Origin: Candidatus Iainarchaeum sp.
GTDB lineage: Archaea > Iainarchaeota > Iainarchaeia > Iainarchaeales > UBA10191
Assembly (NCBI GenBank): GCA_030649735.1
Contig: JAUSFL010000023.1
Span: 15,698-79,697, forward strand
DNA length: 64,000 bases
Direction of reading: 5' to 3'
Shown piece by piece: positions 45,533-53,417 of this stretch. How positions within the stretch are numbered: position 1 is the first letter of the stretch; every line of letters begins with the position of its first letter. A program made the translations under genes and the position numbers. The notes beneath the pieces are model-generated. The model made no database searches and was not told where the DNA came from. It saw only the letters and a program-made list of their open reading frames with translations.

Positions 45533-46033
45533 TTGTTTTCAATGCAGTTAATAATCAGCGATCCTAAAAACGCAAAGGCTTTTGCAAAAAAAATCGAGGA
45601 TTCAAAGCCTTTTATTGGAAAAAAAGTCGGTGACACTGTCCAGCTTTCAAGCGTTGGCTTGGAAGGCTATGAGGCAAAAATTACTGGCGGCAGTGACAAG
45701 ACTGGCACTCCAATGCGCTTTGACATTCCAGGCATTGGCAGAAAGAAAGTTTACATTACAACAGGCCCTGGATTTGTTCCTTTAAGGAAAGGCCAGAGGA
45801 GAAGGGTTTTCGTGCGCGGAAACGCTGTTGCTGAAGACATTCATCAATTGAACCTGAAAGTCACAAAATTCGGCTCAAAATCTTTGGAAGAGTATTTCCC
45901 AAAGGCTGAAAAGAAGGAAGAAGAGCAAAAATTGAGCGTTAAGGAAGAAATGGTAAAGAAGTCCTTGGATTCAGTCGACAAAGTGACTGCTGAAGAAGCG
46001 GCTGCAATGGTCAAGGAAATCAAAAAGCATTAA
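45533..46033 (+). CDS. rps6e: ribosomal protein S6e
   Basis: ITGGSDKTGTPMRFDIPGIGRKKVYITTGPGF...RKGQRRRVFVRGNAV matches S6e. Confidence 0.85.
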   Translation: MFSMQLIISDPKNAKAFAKKIEDSKPFIGKKVGDTVQLSSVGLEGYEAKITGGSDKTGTPMRFDIPGIGRKKVYITTGPGFVPLRKGQRRRVFVRGNAVAEDIHQLNLKVTKFGSKSLEEYFPKAEKKEEEQKLSVKEEMVKKSLDSVDKVTAEEAAAMVKEIKKH

Positions 46034-46049
46034 AGAGTGGTTTTGAATA

Positions 46050-47444
46050 GTGGCTGAAAAAAAAACTAAAGTTCCAAAAAAAGCAAAAGTTCCGGAAACT
46101 CCAATCGCGGAGATTTCTGAAGCTTCGGCTTTGGCTGAAAAGCCAGTCAAAACAAAATCTTCTGCAAAAAAAGCGAGGGAAAAAGAAATTCCCGCAATTG
46201 CTGAAGCAAAAAAACCTGAAAAAAAGCAGGAGAAAATTTTTGCAGGCGAGCCAGAGCCTTTGCAGGCGGCCTTGAACATTGGAATGGTAGGCCATGTAGA
46301 TCATGGAAAAACTTCTTTGACAAAAGCGTTGACTGGCCGCTGGACTGACACGCACAGTGAAGAGCTCAAGAGGGGAATTTCAATTCGCCTAGGCTATGCT
46401 GACGCGACTTTCAGGAAATGCCCGAACTGTAAGGGAAGCGAGGCATTCACTTCGCAAAAAACCTGCCCTTCCTGCGGCACAGCAGCAAAAGTCTTGCGGA
46501 AAATCAGCATTGTTGACGCTCCAGGCCATGAGACTTTAATGGCAACAATGCTTTCAGGCGCGGCTTTAATGCATGGCGCGATTTTGGTCATTGCTGCAAA
46601 CGAGCCTTGCCCTCAGCCTCGCACTGCAGAGCATTTGATGGCCTTGATGCTTTCAGGGATCGAGCACATTGTCGTTGCCCAAAACAAGGTTGACCTAGTG
46701 CCTAGGGAGCAGGCAATGCAAAATTATCAGGCAATAAAGAAATTCCTGCAAGAGAACGGATTTGAAAAAGCGCCGATAATCCCGACTGCAGCAAATATTG
46801 GGGCAAACATTGACTTGCTTATTGAGGCAATCCAGGAAGCAATTCCGACTCCAGAGTTTGACACTTCAAAGCCTGCAAAAATGTATGTTGCAAGGAGCTT
46901 TGACATCAACAAGCCTGGAATTATTCCAGAACAGCTTGTTGGCGGAGTTGTTGGGGGAAGCATTATTGAAGGCAAAATTAAAGTCGGTGATGAAATTGAA
47001 ATTTCTCCAGGCATTGAGGGAAAAAAAGTGCTGACCAAGGTTTCAAGCCTTAGCACTTCAAACAACAAGCTTCAAGAGGCAATGCCTGGCGGATTGATTG
47101 CAATCGGAACTTTGATTGATCCTTCAATTACTCGCAATGACCAATTGCGCGGCCAAGTTGTCGGAATGCCTGGAAAGCTTCCAGAGCCTGTTTCCCGCCT
47201 TAAGCTGGAATTGCATTTAATCAAAAGGCTGATAACGCAGGAATTGCAGGAAATTAAAATGAACGAGCCTGTTGTCTTGACTGTAGGCACAATGACCACT
47301 GTCGGAACAGTTGTTTCAAGCACTAAAGAGAGAATTGATGTTTTATTGAAAGCGAAAGTGATTGCGGAAAAAGGCCAAAAAATCGCAATCAGCAAGAAAG
47401 ATGCCGGAAGATGGAGGTTGGCTGCTTTTGGAATCTGCAATTAA
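46050..47444 (+). CDS. eif2g: translation initiation factor aIF2 gamma subunit, with a possible Lys/Ala-rich N-terminal extension
   Basis: NIGMVGHVDHGKTSL (G1), zinc ribbon CPNCKGSEAFTSQKTCPSCG, DAPGHE (G3), QNKVD (G4). About 75 aa precede the conserved core. An alternative in-frame TTG lies near 46258. Confidence 0.85.
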   Translation: MAEKKTKVPKKAKVPETPIAEISEASALAEKPVKTKSSAKKAREKEIPAIAEAKKPEKKQEKIFAGEPEPLQAALNIGMVGHVDHGKTSLTKALTGRWTDTHSEELKRGISIRLGYADATFRKCPNCKGSEAFTSQKTCPSCGTAAKVLRKISIVDAPGHETLMATMLSGAALMHGAILVIAANEPCPQPRTAEHLMALMLSGIEHIVVAQNKVDLVPREQAMQNYQAIKKFLQENGFEKAPIIPTAANIGANIDLLIEAIQEAIPTPEFDTSKPAKMYVARSFDINKPGIIPEQLVGGVVGGSIIEGKIKVGDEIEISPGIEGKKVLTKVSSLSTSNNKLQEAMPGGLIAIGTLIDPSITRNDQLRGQVVGMPGKLPEPVSRLKLELHLIKRLITQELQEIKMNEPVVLTVGTMTTVGTVVSSTKERIDVLLKAKVIAEKGQKIAISKKDAGRWRLAAFGICN

Positions 47445-47811
47445 AATCGCGTTTGACACCAACATGCTTTTGGGCATTGAGCAATTCAAGCTTCACTTGA
47501 AGGAAGAAATCGACAGGGTTTTGCCCAAGGCAGAATTGGCTGTCCCGGACCAGGTTATTGAAGAATTGGGAAAGCTCGCTTTCAAAAGCAAGGCATTGGA
47601 AAAGCAGGTTAAAATCGCGCTTGCGTTTTTGAAGGCTGAGAAAGTCAAAACATTGAAATGGCGTGAAATTAACGCCGACAAAGCCCTTTTAGGGCTTTCG
47701 AAGAATGGTTTTATAATAGCGACTAACGACAAGGAACTGAGGAAAAGCATAAAAAAGAATTCTGGCAAATGCTTAATACTCAGGAAAAAAAAGTACTTAA
47801 TTTTGGAATAA
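47401..47811 (+). CDS. PIN-domain protein (conserved neighbour of aIF2-gamma in archaea)
   Basis: IAFDTNMLL (PIN motif 1) ...ATND... About 137 aa from the ATG at 47401. Overlaps the eif2g 3' end. Confidence 0.6.
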   Translation: MPEDGGWLLLESAIKIAFDTNMLLGIEQFKLHLKEEIDRVLPKAELAVPDQVIEELGKLAFKSKALEKQVKIALAFLKAEKVKTLKWREINADKALLGLSKNGFIIATNDKELRKSIKKNSGKCLILRKKKYLILE

Positions 47812-47848
47812 TGGTTTTGAAAAATTTTGAAAAAAAGAGGTTGAAAGA

Positions 47849-48481
47849 ATGTATCAAGTATGCACTGTTCACGACACTGTCAGGGTTCCGCCAAACAAGT
47901 TTGCGGGAGAAATCAACAAGTCAATCTTAAAGATTGTTCAAGAGCAGTATGAAGGGCTCGTGGACGAGGATTTGGGCGTTGTTGTTTCAGTAGTTAGCGC
48001 TTCAAAAACCAGCGAGGGAAAAGTCGTTCCAGGGGACGGCGCGGCATATTATGATGCAGACCTCGAGCTTTTGATGTACAAGCCAATAGTGCAGGAAGTA
48101 GTTGAAGGAAGCATTTCTGAAGTGACTGAATTTGGGGCTTTCATAAAAACAGGGCCTTTGGAAGGCTTGATTCACGTTTCGCAAATAATGGATGATTACA
48201 TAAATCATGACGCAAAGCTTCCTGGCTTTGTCGGAAAAGAGTCCGGGAAAAAATTAACAAAGAACGAGAATGTGCTTGCAAGGATTGTGACTGTTTCATT
48301 GAGGGGAACTATTCCGGAATCAAAAATCGGCCTGACAATGAGGCAATTCGGGCTTGGAAAGGAAGACTGGCTTAAGGTTGACGAGAAAAAGAAGGAAAAG
48401 AAAGAGACAGACAAGGTAAAAAAGGAAGACAAGTTTGCCAAGTCAAAAGGCGGAGACCGCGAGCAAAGGCCCAAAAAATAA
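47849..48481 (+). CDS. rpoE: DNA-directed RNA polymerase subunit E-prime (Rpb7 homolog) with S1 domain
   Basis: Rpb7-like N-domain plus S1 domain (GSISEVTEFGAFIKTGPLEGLIHVSQI). Lys-rich C-terminus. Confidence 0.8.
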   Translation: MYQVCTVHDTVRVPPNKFAGEINKSILKIVQEQYEGLVDEDLGVVVSVVSASKTSEGKVVPGDGAAYYDADLELLMYKPIVQEVVEGSISEVTEFGAFIKTGPLEGLIHVSQIMDDYINHDAKLPGFVGKESGKKLTKNENVLARIVTVSLRGTIPESKIGLTMRQFGLGKEDWLKVDEKKKEKKETDKVKKEDKFAKSKGGDREQRPKK

Positions 48482-48503
48482 TTTTTTAAGGAAGTGAAAG
48501 CAG

Positions 48504-48701
48504 ATGGTAATGCAGGGAAAGGCTTGCAGGAATTGCAGGAAAGTCATTGAGGAAGGCAGCAAGTGCCCCAATTGCAAGGGCGAAAGCTTCACCACTTTCT
48601 GGCGCGGCTTTGTCGTATTGCTAAAGCCAGAGCACAGTGAAATCGCAAAGAAAATGGCAATTGAACTGCCTGGAAAGTACGCTTTAAGGTTAAGCAGGTG
48701 A
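48504..48701 (+). CDS. spt4: transcription elongation factor Spt4 / RNAP subunit E-double-prime
   Basis: Zinc ribbon CRNCRKV...CPNC. About 65 aa. Confidence 0.8.
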   Translation: MVMQGKACRNCRKVIEEGSKCPNCKGESFTTFWRGFVVLLKPEHSEIAKKMAIELPGKYALRLSR

Positions 48702-48705
48702 TTTA

Positions 48706-49014
48706 GTGAAGGTAGAAATTGAAAAAAAAGTCAAGAATCCATTGTTGCACAGGACTGACATTAGCTTCAAGGTCGAGAATGCGGAAAAAACCCCGAACAG
48801 GAAAGACCTGCGTGAAAAGCTTGCCGCGCTTACGGCAGCAAAGCCAGAGCTTTTGATTCTGGGAAAAATCTCGCAAGATTACGGCTCAATGCAAATTTCA
48901 GGAAACGCAATGCTTTACGACAATGAGGAAAGCCTTGAAAAGATAGAGCTTTTGAAGTTCAAGAGGAAAAACTTTCCTGAAAAGTACGCTAAAAAAGAAG
49001 AGGAAAAAAAGTAA
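48706..49014 (+). CDS. rps24e: ribosomal protein S24e
   Basis: NPLLHRTDISFKVEN...TPNRKDLREKLAA pattern. GTG start. Confidence 0.8.
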   Translation: MKVEIEKKVKNPLLHRTDISFKVENAEKTPNRKDLREKLAALTAAKPELLILGKISQDYGSMQISGNAMLYDNEESLEKIELLKFKRKNFPEKYAKKEEEKK

Positions 49015-49027
49015 TTTGGTGAATTGA

Positions 49028-49345
49028 ATGATTGAAACCACGACAGATTTTGTTCCAGGAATGAAGATTGCAAGAATTCTTGGAGTAGTCCGCGGGAACA
49101 CGATAAGGTCAAGGGGTGTTGGCGGCCACTTTATTGCAGGCCTTCAAGGGGCTTTCGGCGGCGAAATAACGGCTTATGTTGTTGCCTTGAATGAGGCAAG
49201 GACTGAAGCATACAATAGAATGCTTGAAGATGCAGGCAAGCTTGGCGCCGATGCAGTAATTAACATTCGTTTTGTAACCAGTGAAGTAATGCCCGGGGCA
49301 GCGGAGCTTTTGGCTTATGGAACTGCGGTAAAACTAAGCAAGTAA
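49028..49345 (+). CDS. YbjQ/DUF74 (UPF0145) family protein
   Basis: ILGVVRGNTIRSRGVGGHFIAGLQGAFGGEI...AVINIRF is the typical YbjQ pattern. Confidence 0.7.
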   Translation: MIETTTDFVPGMKIARILGVVRGNTIRSRGVGGHFIAGLQGAFGGEITAYVVALNEARTEAYNRMLEDAGKLGADAVINIRFVTSEVMPGAAELLAYGTAVKLSK

Positions 49346-49362
49346 AAAGGTGAAAATGAATT

Positions 49363-49578
49363 ATGGTTGAAAAAAAGACTGACGCAAAGGCCGCGGCCAA
49401 AGGCCCTGTGAAAGGCAAGAAAAAAAAGCTCAAGAATGCATTGTACGAGATTAAGGGCGACAGTGTTTCGCGAAAAAACAAGTTCTGCCCGAAATGCGGC
49501 GCCGGAGTTTTCTTGGCAAACCACAAGGACAGGGTTTCTTGCGGAAAATGCGGCTATGCTGAATGGAAGCAAAAGTAA
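49363..49578 (+). CDS. rps27ae: ribosomal protein S27ae
   Basis: Zinc ribbon CPKCGAGVFLANHKDRVSCGKCG. Lys-rich N-terminus. Confidence 0.85.
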   Translation: MVEKKTDAKAAAKGPVKGKKKKLKNALYEIKGDSVSRKNKFCPKCGAGVFLANHKDRVSCGKCGYAEWKQK

Positions 49579-49614
49579 AAAGCCCGCGCTAGCAAAAGCC
49601 GTGCTTTCGCTTTT

Positions 49615-50253
49615 TTGCACAATGAGATTTTAAACATTTCAAGACCAAAAATCATTATGATATTCAATTTTTTGCTTGAGGCAGTCCTGCTTTTGGTTCC
49701 TTTGGTTTACTTCAAAAGGAATGGATTGAATGCTGTCAAAGAGCTTGGGTTGGAGGGAAAGAAAGCCTCAAGCGCTTGGAAATACTCTTTGATAATCCTT
49801 GGCGCAATGGCTTTGGTTTCTTTTGCGCTTGCGCTGGTTTTCAATTTTTTTGGCGCGAACGACATTTCCAAAGTCGCTGATGTTTTGCAGGCCGCAAAAT
49901 CAGCATCGCTGTTTTTCGTTTTCACAATCACCGTGGGCGTTGTTTTGGAGGAGTTTTTCTTCCGCGGCTTTTTGATAAAATTCATTGACAGGCAATTGTG
50001 GGGCGAAAAAAAATCGCAAAGCAGGCGCGCAAAAGCCAGGGGATTTTTGCAGGAGTATTCTGGAGTGATTCTTTCTTCGCTGTTTTTTGGAGTTTTGCAT
50101 TTTGGCTATGGGAGCGTTTCAGAAATAATTGGGGCAGTGAGCTTGGGGCTTGTTTTGGCCTTGTTTTTCAAGAAATACCAGAACCTTTACGCAAACACTT
50201 ACGCCCACTTGCTGTGGAATGCAATAGTCATTTTTGGGGCCGGAATCGCGTGA
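49615..50253 (+). CDS. CPBP-family (CAAX protease / Abi) intramembrane metalloprotease
   Basis: EEFFFRG (EExxxR), FGVLH (FxxxH) and HLLWN motifs in TM helices. An alternative ATG start lies at 49657. Confidence 0.7.
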   Translation: MHNEILNISRPKIIMIFNFLLEAVLLLVPLVYFKRNGLNAVKELGLEGKKASSAWKYSLIILGAMALVSFALALVFNFFGANDISKVADVLQAAKSASLFFVFTITVGVVLEEFFFRGFLIKFIDRQLWGEKKSQSRRAKARGFLQEYSGVILSSLFFGVLHFGYGSVSEIIGAVSLGLVLALFFKKYQNLYANTYAHLLWNAIVIFGAGIA

Positions 50254-50257
50254 TTTT

Positions 50258-51286
50258 ATGATTTGTTTGGCTTTGGAATGCACAGCGCACACTTTAGGGT
50301 TTGCAGTTGTTGAAAGAACTGCTGCCGGAGAGTGCAAGATTCTTTCCAATGAAAAAGACACTTTCAAGACTGAAAGCGGCGGAATGGTTCCGTTAGAGCT
50401 TCGCGCTCATCACGAGCGAGTTTGGGAAAGCGTTTTACAAAAGGCGCTTGAAAATTCAGGCAAAGCATGGGATGGCATTGACTTGATTGCGTTTTCTTCA
50501 GGGCCTGGCATGGCGCCCGCGTTGATTGCCGGCATGCAGGTTGCAAAAAAGCTTGCGTTGGAAAACAAGAAGCCATTGTTAGGAGTCAATCATTGCGTCG
50601 CGCACATTGAGATTGGAAAGGCATTGGCTGGAAGCAAAGACCCTGTTGTAGTTTACGCTTCCGGGGCCAACACTCAAATCATTGGCTTTGAAACAGGATA
50701 TTACAGGGTTTTTGGCGAAACTTTGGACATTGGAATCGGGAATCTTTTGGACTCTTTCGGGCGCTCTTTAGGATTGGGATTTCCGGCAGGCCCGGCGTTA
50801 GACAAGTGGTATTTTGAAGGCAGGCAATTCATTGAATTGCCTTACACTGTGAAGGGAATGGACTTGGTTTTTTCCGGCCTTGAAACTTTTGCCGAAAAAT
50901 ACTGGGAAAAGAATTCTTTCGGGAAGACTTTGGAAGAGCAAGGGCAGTTGAAAAAAGACCTTGCTTTTTCCTTGCTGCATAACGCGTTTGCTGAATTGAC
51001 TGAGGTTACAGAACGAGCTTTGGCGCATACTGAAAAAAGCGAGGTTTTGGTTGTTGGGGGAGTTGGGGCTTCGCGCGCTTTAAAGGAAATGCTTGAGAAA
51101 ATGTGCAAGGCGCGCGGCGCGCAATTGTTCATCACTCCGCTTTCAGTTGTCGTGGACAATGCCGCAATGATTGCGTGGCTTGCTCTTTTGGAGCAGAATG
51201 CCGGAAGAGCGCAAAAGCTTTCAGAAATTGACATTAACCCAAAATGGCGGACAGACCAGGCAGAGGCAATCTGGATTAAAAACTAA
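50258..51286 (+). CDS. kae1: Kae1 (tRNA N6-adenosine threonylcarbamoyltransferase, KEOPS subunit)
   Basis: MICLALECTAHTLGFAVV..., ...SSGPGMAPALIAG...GVNHCVAHIEIG metal-binding His pair. No Bud32 fusion or adjacent Bud32 gene. Confidence 0.85.
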   Translation: MICLALECTAHTLGFAVVERTAAGECKILSNEKDTFKTESGGMVPLELRAHHERVWESVLQKALENSGKAWDGIDLIAFSSGPGMAPALIAGMQVAKKLALENKKPLLGVNHCVAHIEIGKALAGSKDPVVVYASGANTQIIGFETGYYRVFGETLDIGIGNLLDSFGRSLGLGFPAGPALDKWYFEGRQFIELPYTVKGMDLVFSGLETFAEKYWEKNSFGKTLEEQGQLKKDLAFSLLHNAFAELTEVTERALAHTEKSEVLVVGGVGASRALKEMLEKMCKARGAQLFITPLSVVVDNAAMIAWLALLEQNAGRAQKLSEIDINPKWRTDQAEAIWIKN

Positions 51287-51303
51287 AAGCCCATTAATAA
51301 AAT

Positions 51304-51951
51304 ATGCAAGAACGCTTTTTTGATTTTTTGTTCTATTCAACAACGGTAATTTTTCTTGTAATCGCTTATCTTACGGGAAATTTTGCAATAATGCGGGGAA
51401 TTATTGCTTTTGAATCCCTTGCCCTTCTAATAAATATAGTGCTTTTCTATGCCGCTTCCCAACTCATTGTTTCAAAAAAGCATTCTGCAAAGCTAATACT
51501 TGCATTGTATGTTGCTTTCGTGGCTTTTTTTCCATTCGCTATTGGAAAATTAAATTCAGGCATTCTGACAATTTACTCTCTTTCATATTTTTATATTTCA
51601 ATATTTTCGCGCTTTTTTCTATTCTTTCACTTTGCAAAAGAAAAAGCAAAAATGGATGGGATTTTAGAGAATGACCAAAAGCAAATTTCAGCGGAGTTTT
51701 CAGAAAATGTGGGACATACAATTCAAAAGTTCTGTCTTTTTTTTGCATCTGGAATGATTTCCGGGCTCGTCATACTACCATTAGGCTTTGGATTAACTGC
51801 TGGCGGTTTATACACCCAGCTGACTATTGCTTTTACTGCCTTGATTTATTTTATAATAATTGCATTATTTTCGCTTTATTCATCCCTAAACTTGAAAATG
51901 CATCGAAATCTTTTAAGGCTTTTAACAAAACGCCACACAAAAAGAAAGTAA
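51304..51951 (+). CDS. polytopic membrane protein, unknown
   Basis: 215 aa with about 6 hydrophobic helices. No motif recognised. Confidence 0.5.
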   Translation: MQERFFDFLFYSTTVIFLVIAYLTGNFAIMRGIIAFESLALLINIVLFYAASQLIVSKKHSAKLILALYVAFVAFFPFAIGKLNSGILTIYSLSYFYISIFSRFFLFFHFAKEKAKMDGILENDQKQISAEFSENVGHTIQKFCLFFASGMISGLVILPLGFGLTAGGLYTQLTIAFTALIYFIIIALFSLYSSLNLKMHRNLLRLLTKRHTKRK

Positions 51952-52012
51952 ATAGATAAATGTCGCATGGTACTAATTCCAGAAAGGAAAAGAGACGGAG
52001 TTGGCCTAAAGT

Positions 52013-52732
52013 TTAGAATTTCAAAAGCATTGTTGCAATTGCAATTGCCACAAATCCCGCAAGGGTTGCCAAGAGTGCCGGAAAGTCCTTTTGCTGCTTG
52101 TGCGCTTCAGGCAATAGGTCGCTTGCGCCCAAGTAAAGGAACCATCCTGCAACGAATGCTATCAGGAAACCAAGCTGGCTTTCGTCAATTGGAAGCGCCA
52201 ATGCGGTTCCAGCGCCTGCAAACACTGCAATCGCCAATGCAATGAACCATTTCCAAAACTGGTTTTTCTTTCTCAAAAGCATTACTGTAACTGAATTGAC
52301 CCCGTCTGGAATGCTGTGCACTACGATTGCCAATGCAACGATTATTCCGACCTGGGGGCTTGTCTTGAATGAAAGAATTATGACTGCGCCATCCAAGAAC
52401 CTGTGCAATACAAGCCCAAGAATTGCCGAAGCGCTTGAAGGCTTTGCGTGCCTTTCAGAATCGCAGTGCTTTTCAGTGCACGGGTGGACCAGAATGAATC
52501 GTTCAAGCAAAAAATAGAGCAAGAATCCGAACGCGAGAAAAAAGCTTGTCAGGCGCGCTTCTGAAAGGCCGAATGCTTCAGGCAGCAAGTCAAAGAATGC
52601 AATTCCAATCAGCAGTCCAGAGCTTAATGCAACAAGCAATTTAAGGTTTTTCTCGAATTTTGTTGCAAGAAAGCCCCCGAAAAATGTTGCCGCGATTGCG
52701 GCAATCAAGAATGCAATTGCCTGAATGTCCAA
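52013..52732 (-). CDS. ZIP-family metal (zinc) transporter
   Basis: HRFLDG and HSIPDG ZIP signature motifs in TM helices. Central His/Cys-rich loop (HPCTEKHCDSERH). Confidence 0.8.
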   Translation of the reverse strand: MDIQAIAFLIAAIAATFFGGFLATKFEKNLKLLVALSSGLLIGIAFFDLLPEAFGLSEARLTSFFLAFGFLLYFLLERFILVHPCTEKHCDSERHAKPSSASAILGLVLHRFLDGAVIILSFKTSPQVGIIVALAIVVHSIPDGVNSVTVMLLRKKNQFWKWFIALAIAVFAGAGTALALPIDESQLGFLIAFVAGWFLYLGASDLLPEAHKQQKDFPALLATLAGFVAIAIATMLLKF

Positions 52733-52741
52733 AATACCACT

Positions 52742-53077
52742 TTATTTTTTTGCGACTGCTTTCAATACTTCTTGCTTCAGGCTTTTGCAGCTTTCCTGCA
52801 GTGCTGAAATGAAATTCCATTCAGTTGCTGTTGAGACAATTTTTTTCTTTGGCGCGATTATCCTGCAGTGGACTTCGTACTGCTTGCGCGCGCCTTTCTT
52901 GTTTTTTTGCCCGAATTCCTTGGCTTGAATTGTCATTTCGAATTCTGGAAGCACGTTGGAGATTTTTTCAAAATTTTCCTTTACCGTGCTTAATGCAGTC
53001 AGTTCGTCAATTTCATCCAATTCCGGAAAACCCAGCAGTTTTATGCCGTTTTCTTGAGAGAATTTTTTCAAAGCCAT
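52742..53077 (-). CDS. hypothetical protein with possible HPF/RaiA (ribosome hibernation factor)-like fold
   Basis: About 111 aa. Its hydrophobic/basic periodicity resembles the beta-alpha-beta-beta-beta-alpha fold of HPF. Similarity is weak and judged by eye only. Confidence 0.35.
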   Translation of the reverse strand: MALKKFSQENGIKLLGFPELDEIDELTALSTVKENFEKISNVLPEFEMTIQAKEFGQKNKKGARKQYEVHCRIIAPKKKIVSTATEWNFISALQESCKSLKQEVLKAVAKK

Positions 53078-53143
53078 CCTAAACCTACCTCTTGTTTCAT
53101 TTTCATTATAGAGTCTTAACGCAGAGAATTATTATAAATTGTG

Positions 53144-53413
53144 TTATTTTGCCTTGAACGCAAAATGAATGTATGCAAAGAGCACAATCAGCACTGCCAG
53201 GAAGAAATAGCTTAATGGCGCCGGAATGAAGTTTATTGCAGGGTCCACCCAAACGTAAATTCCTGCTGCTATCAGGAACACTATCAATATTTGGCTAAAG
53301 TACTTGAAGACCGCGCGCGGGTTTTTTATTTTCAGCGCTTTTTCAATTGCCTTGTTTCTTATGCGAAGGCCTATTTCCAGATTTTTTGCCCTGATTTTTT
53401 TCATGGCGCCCAT
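53144..53413 (-). CDS. small membrane protein (2 TM), unknown
   Basis: 89-aa ORF with two hydrophobic helices. Overlaps the downstream gene start by a few nt. Confidence 0.45.
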   Translation of the reverse strand: MGAMKKIRAKNLEIGLRIRNKAIEKALKIKNPRAVFKYFSQILIVFLIAAGIYVWVDPAINFIPAPLSYFFLAVLIVLFAYIHFAFKAK

Positions 53414-53417
53414 TAAT

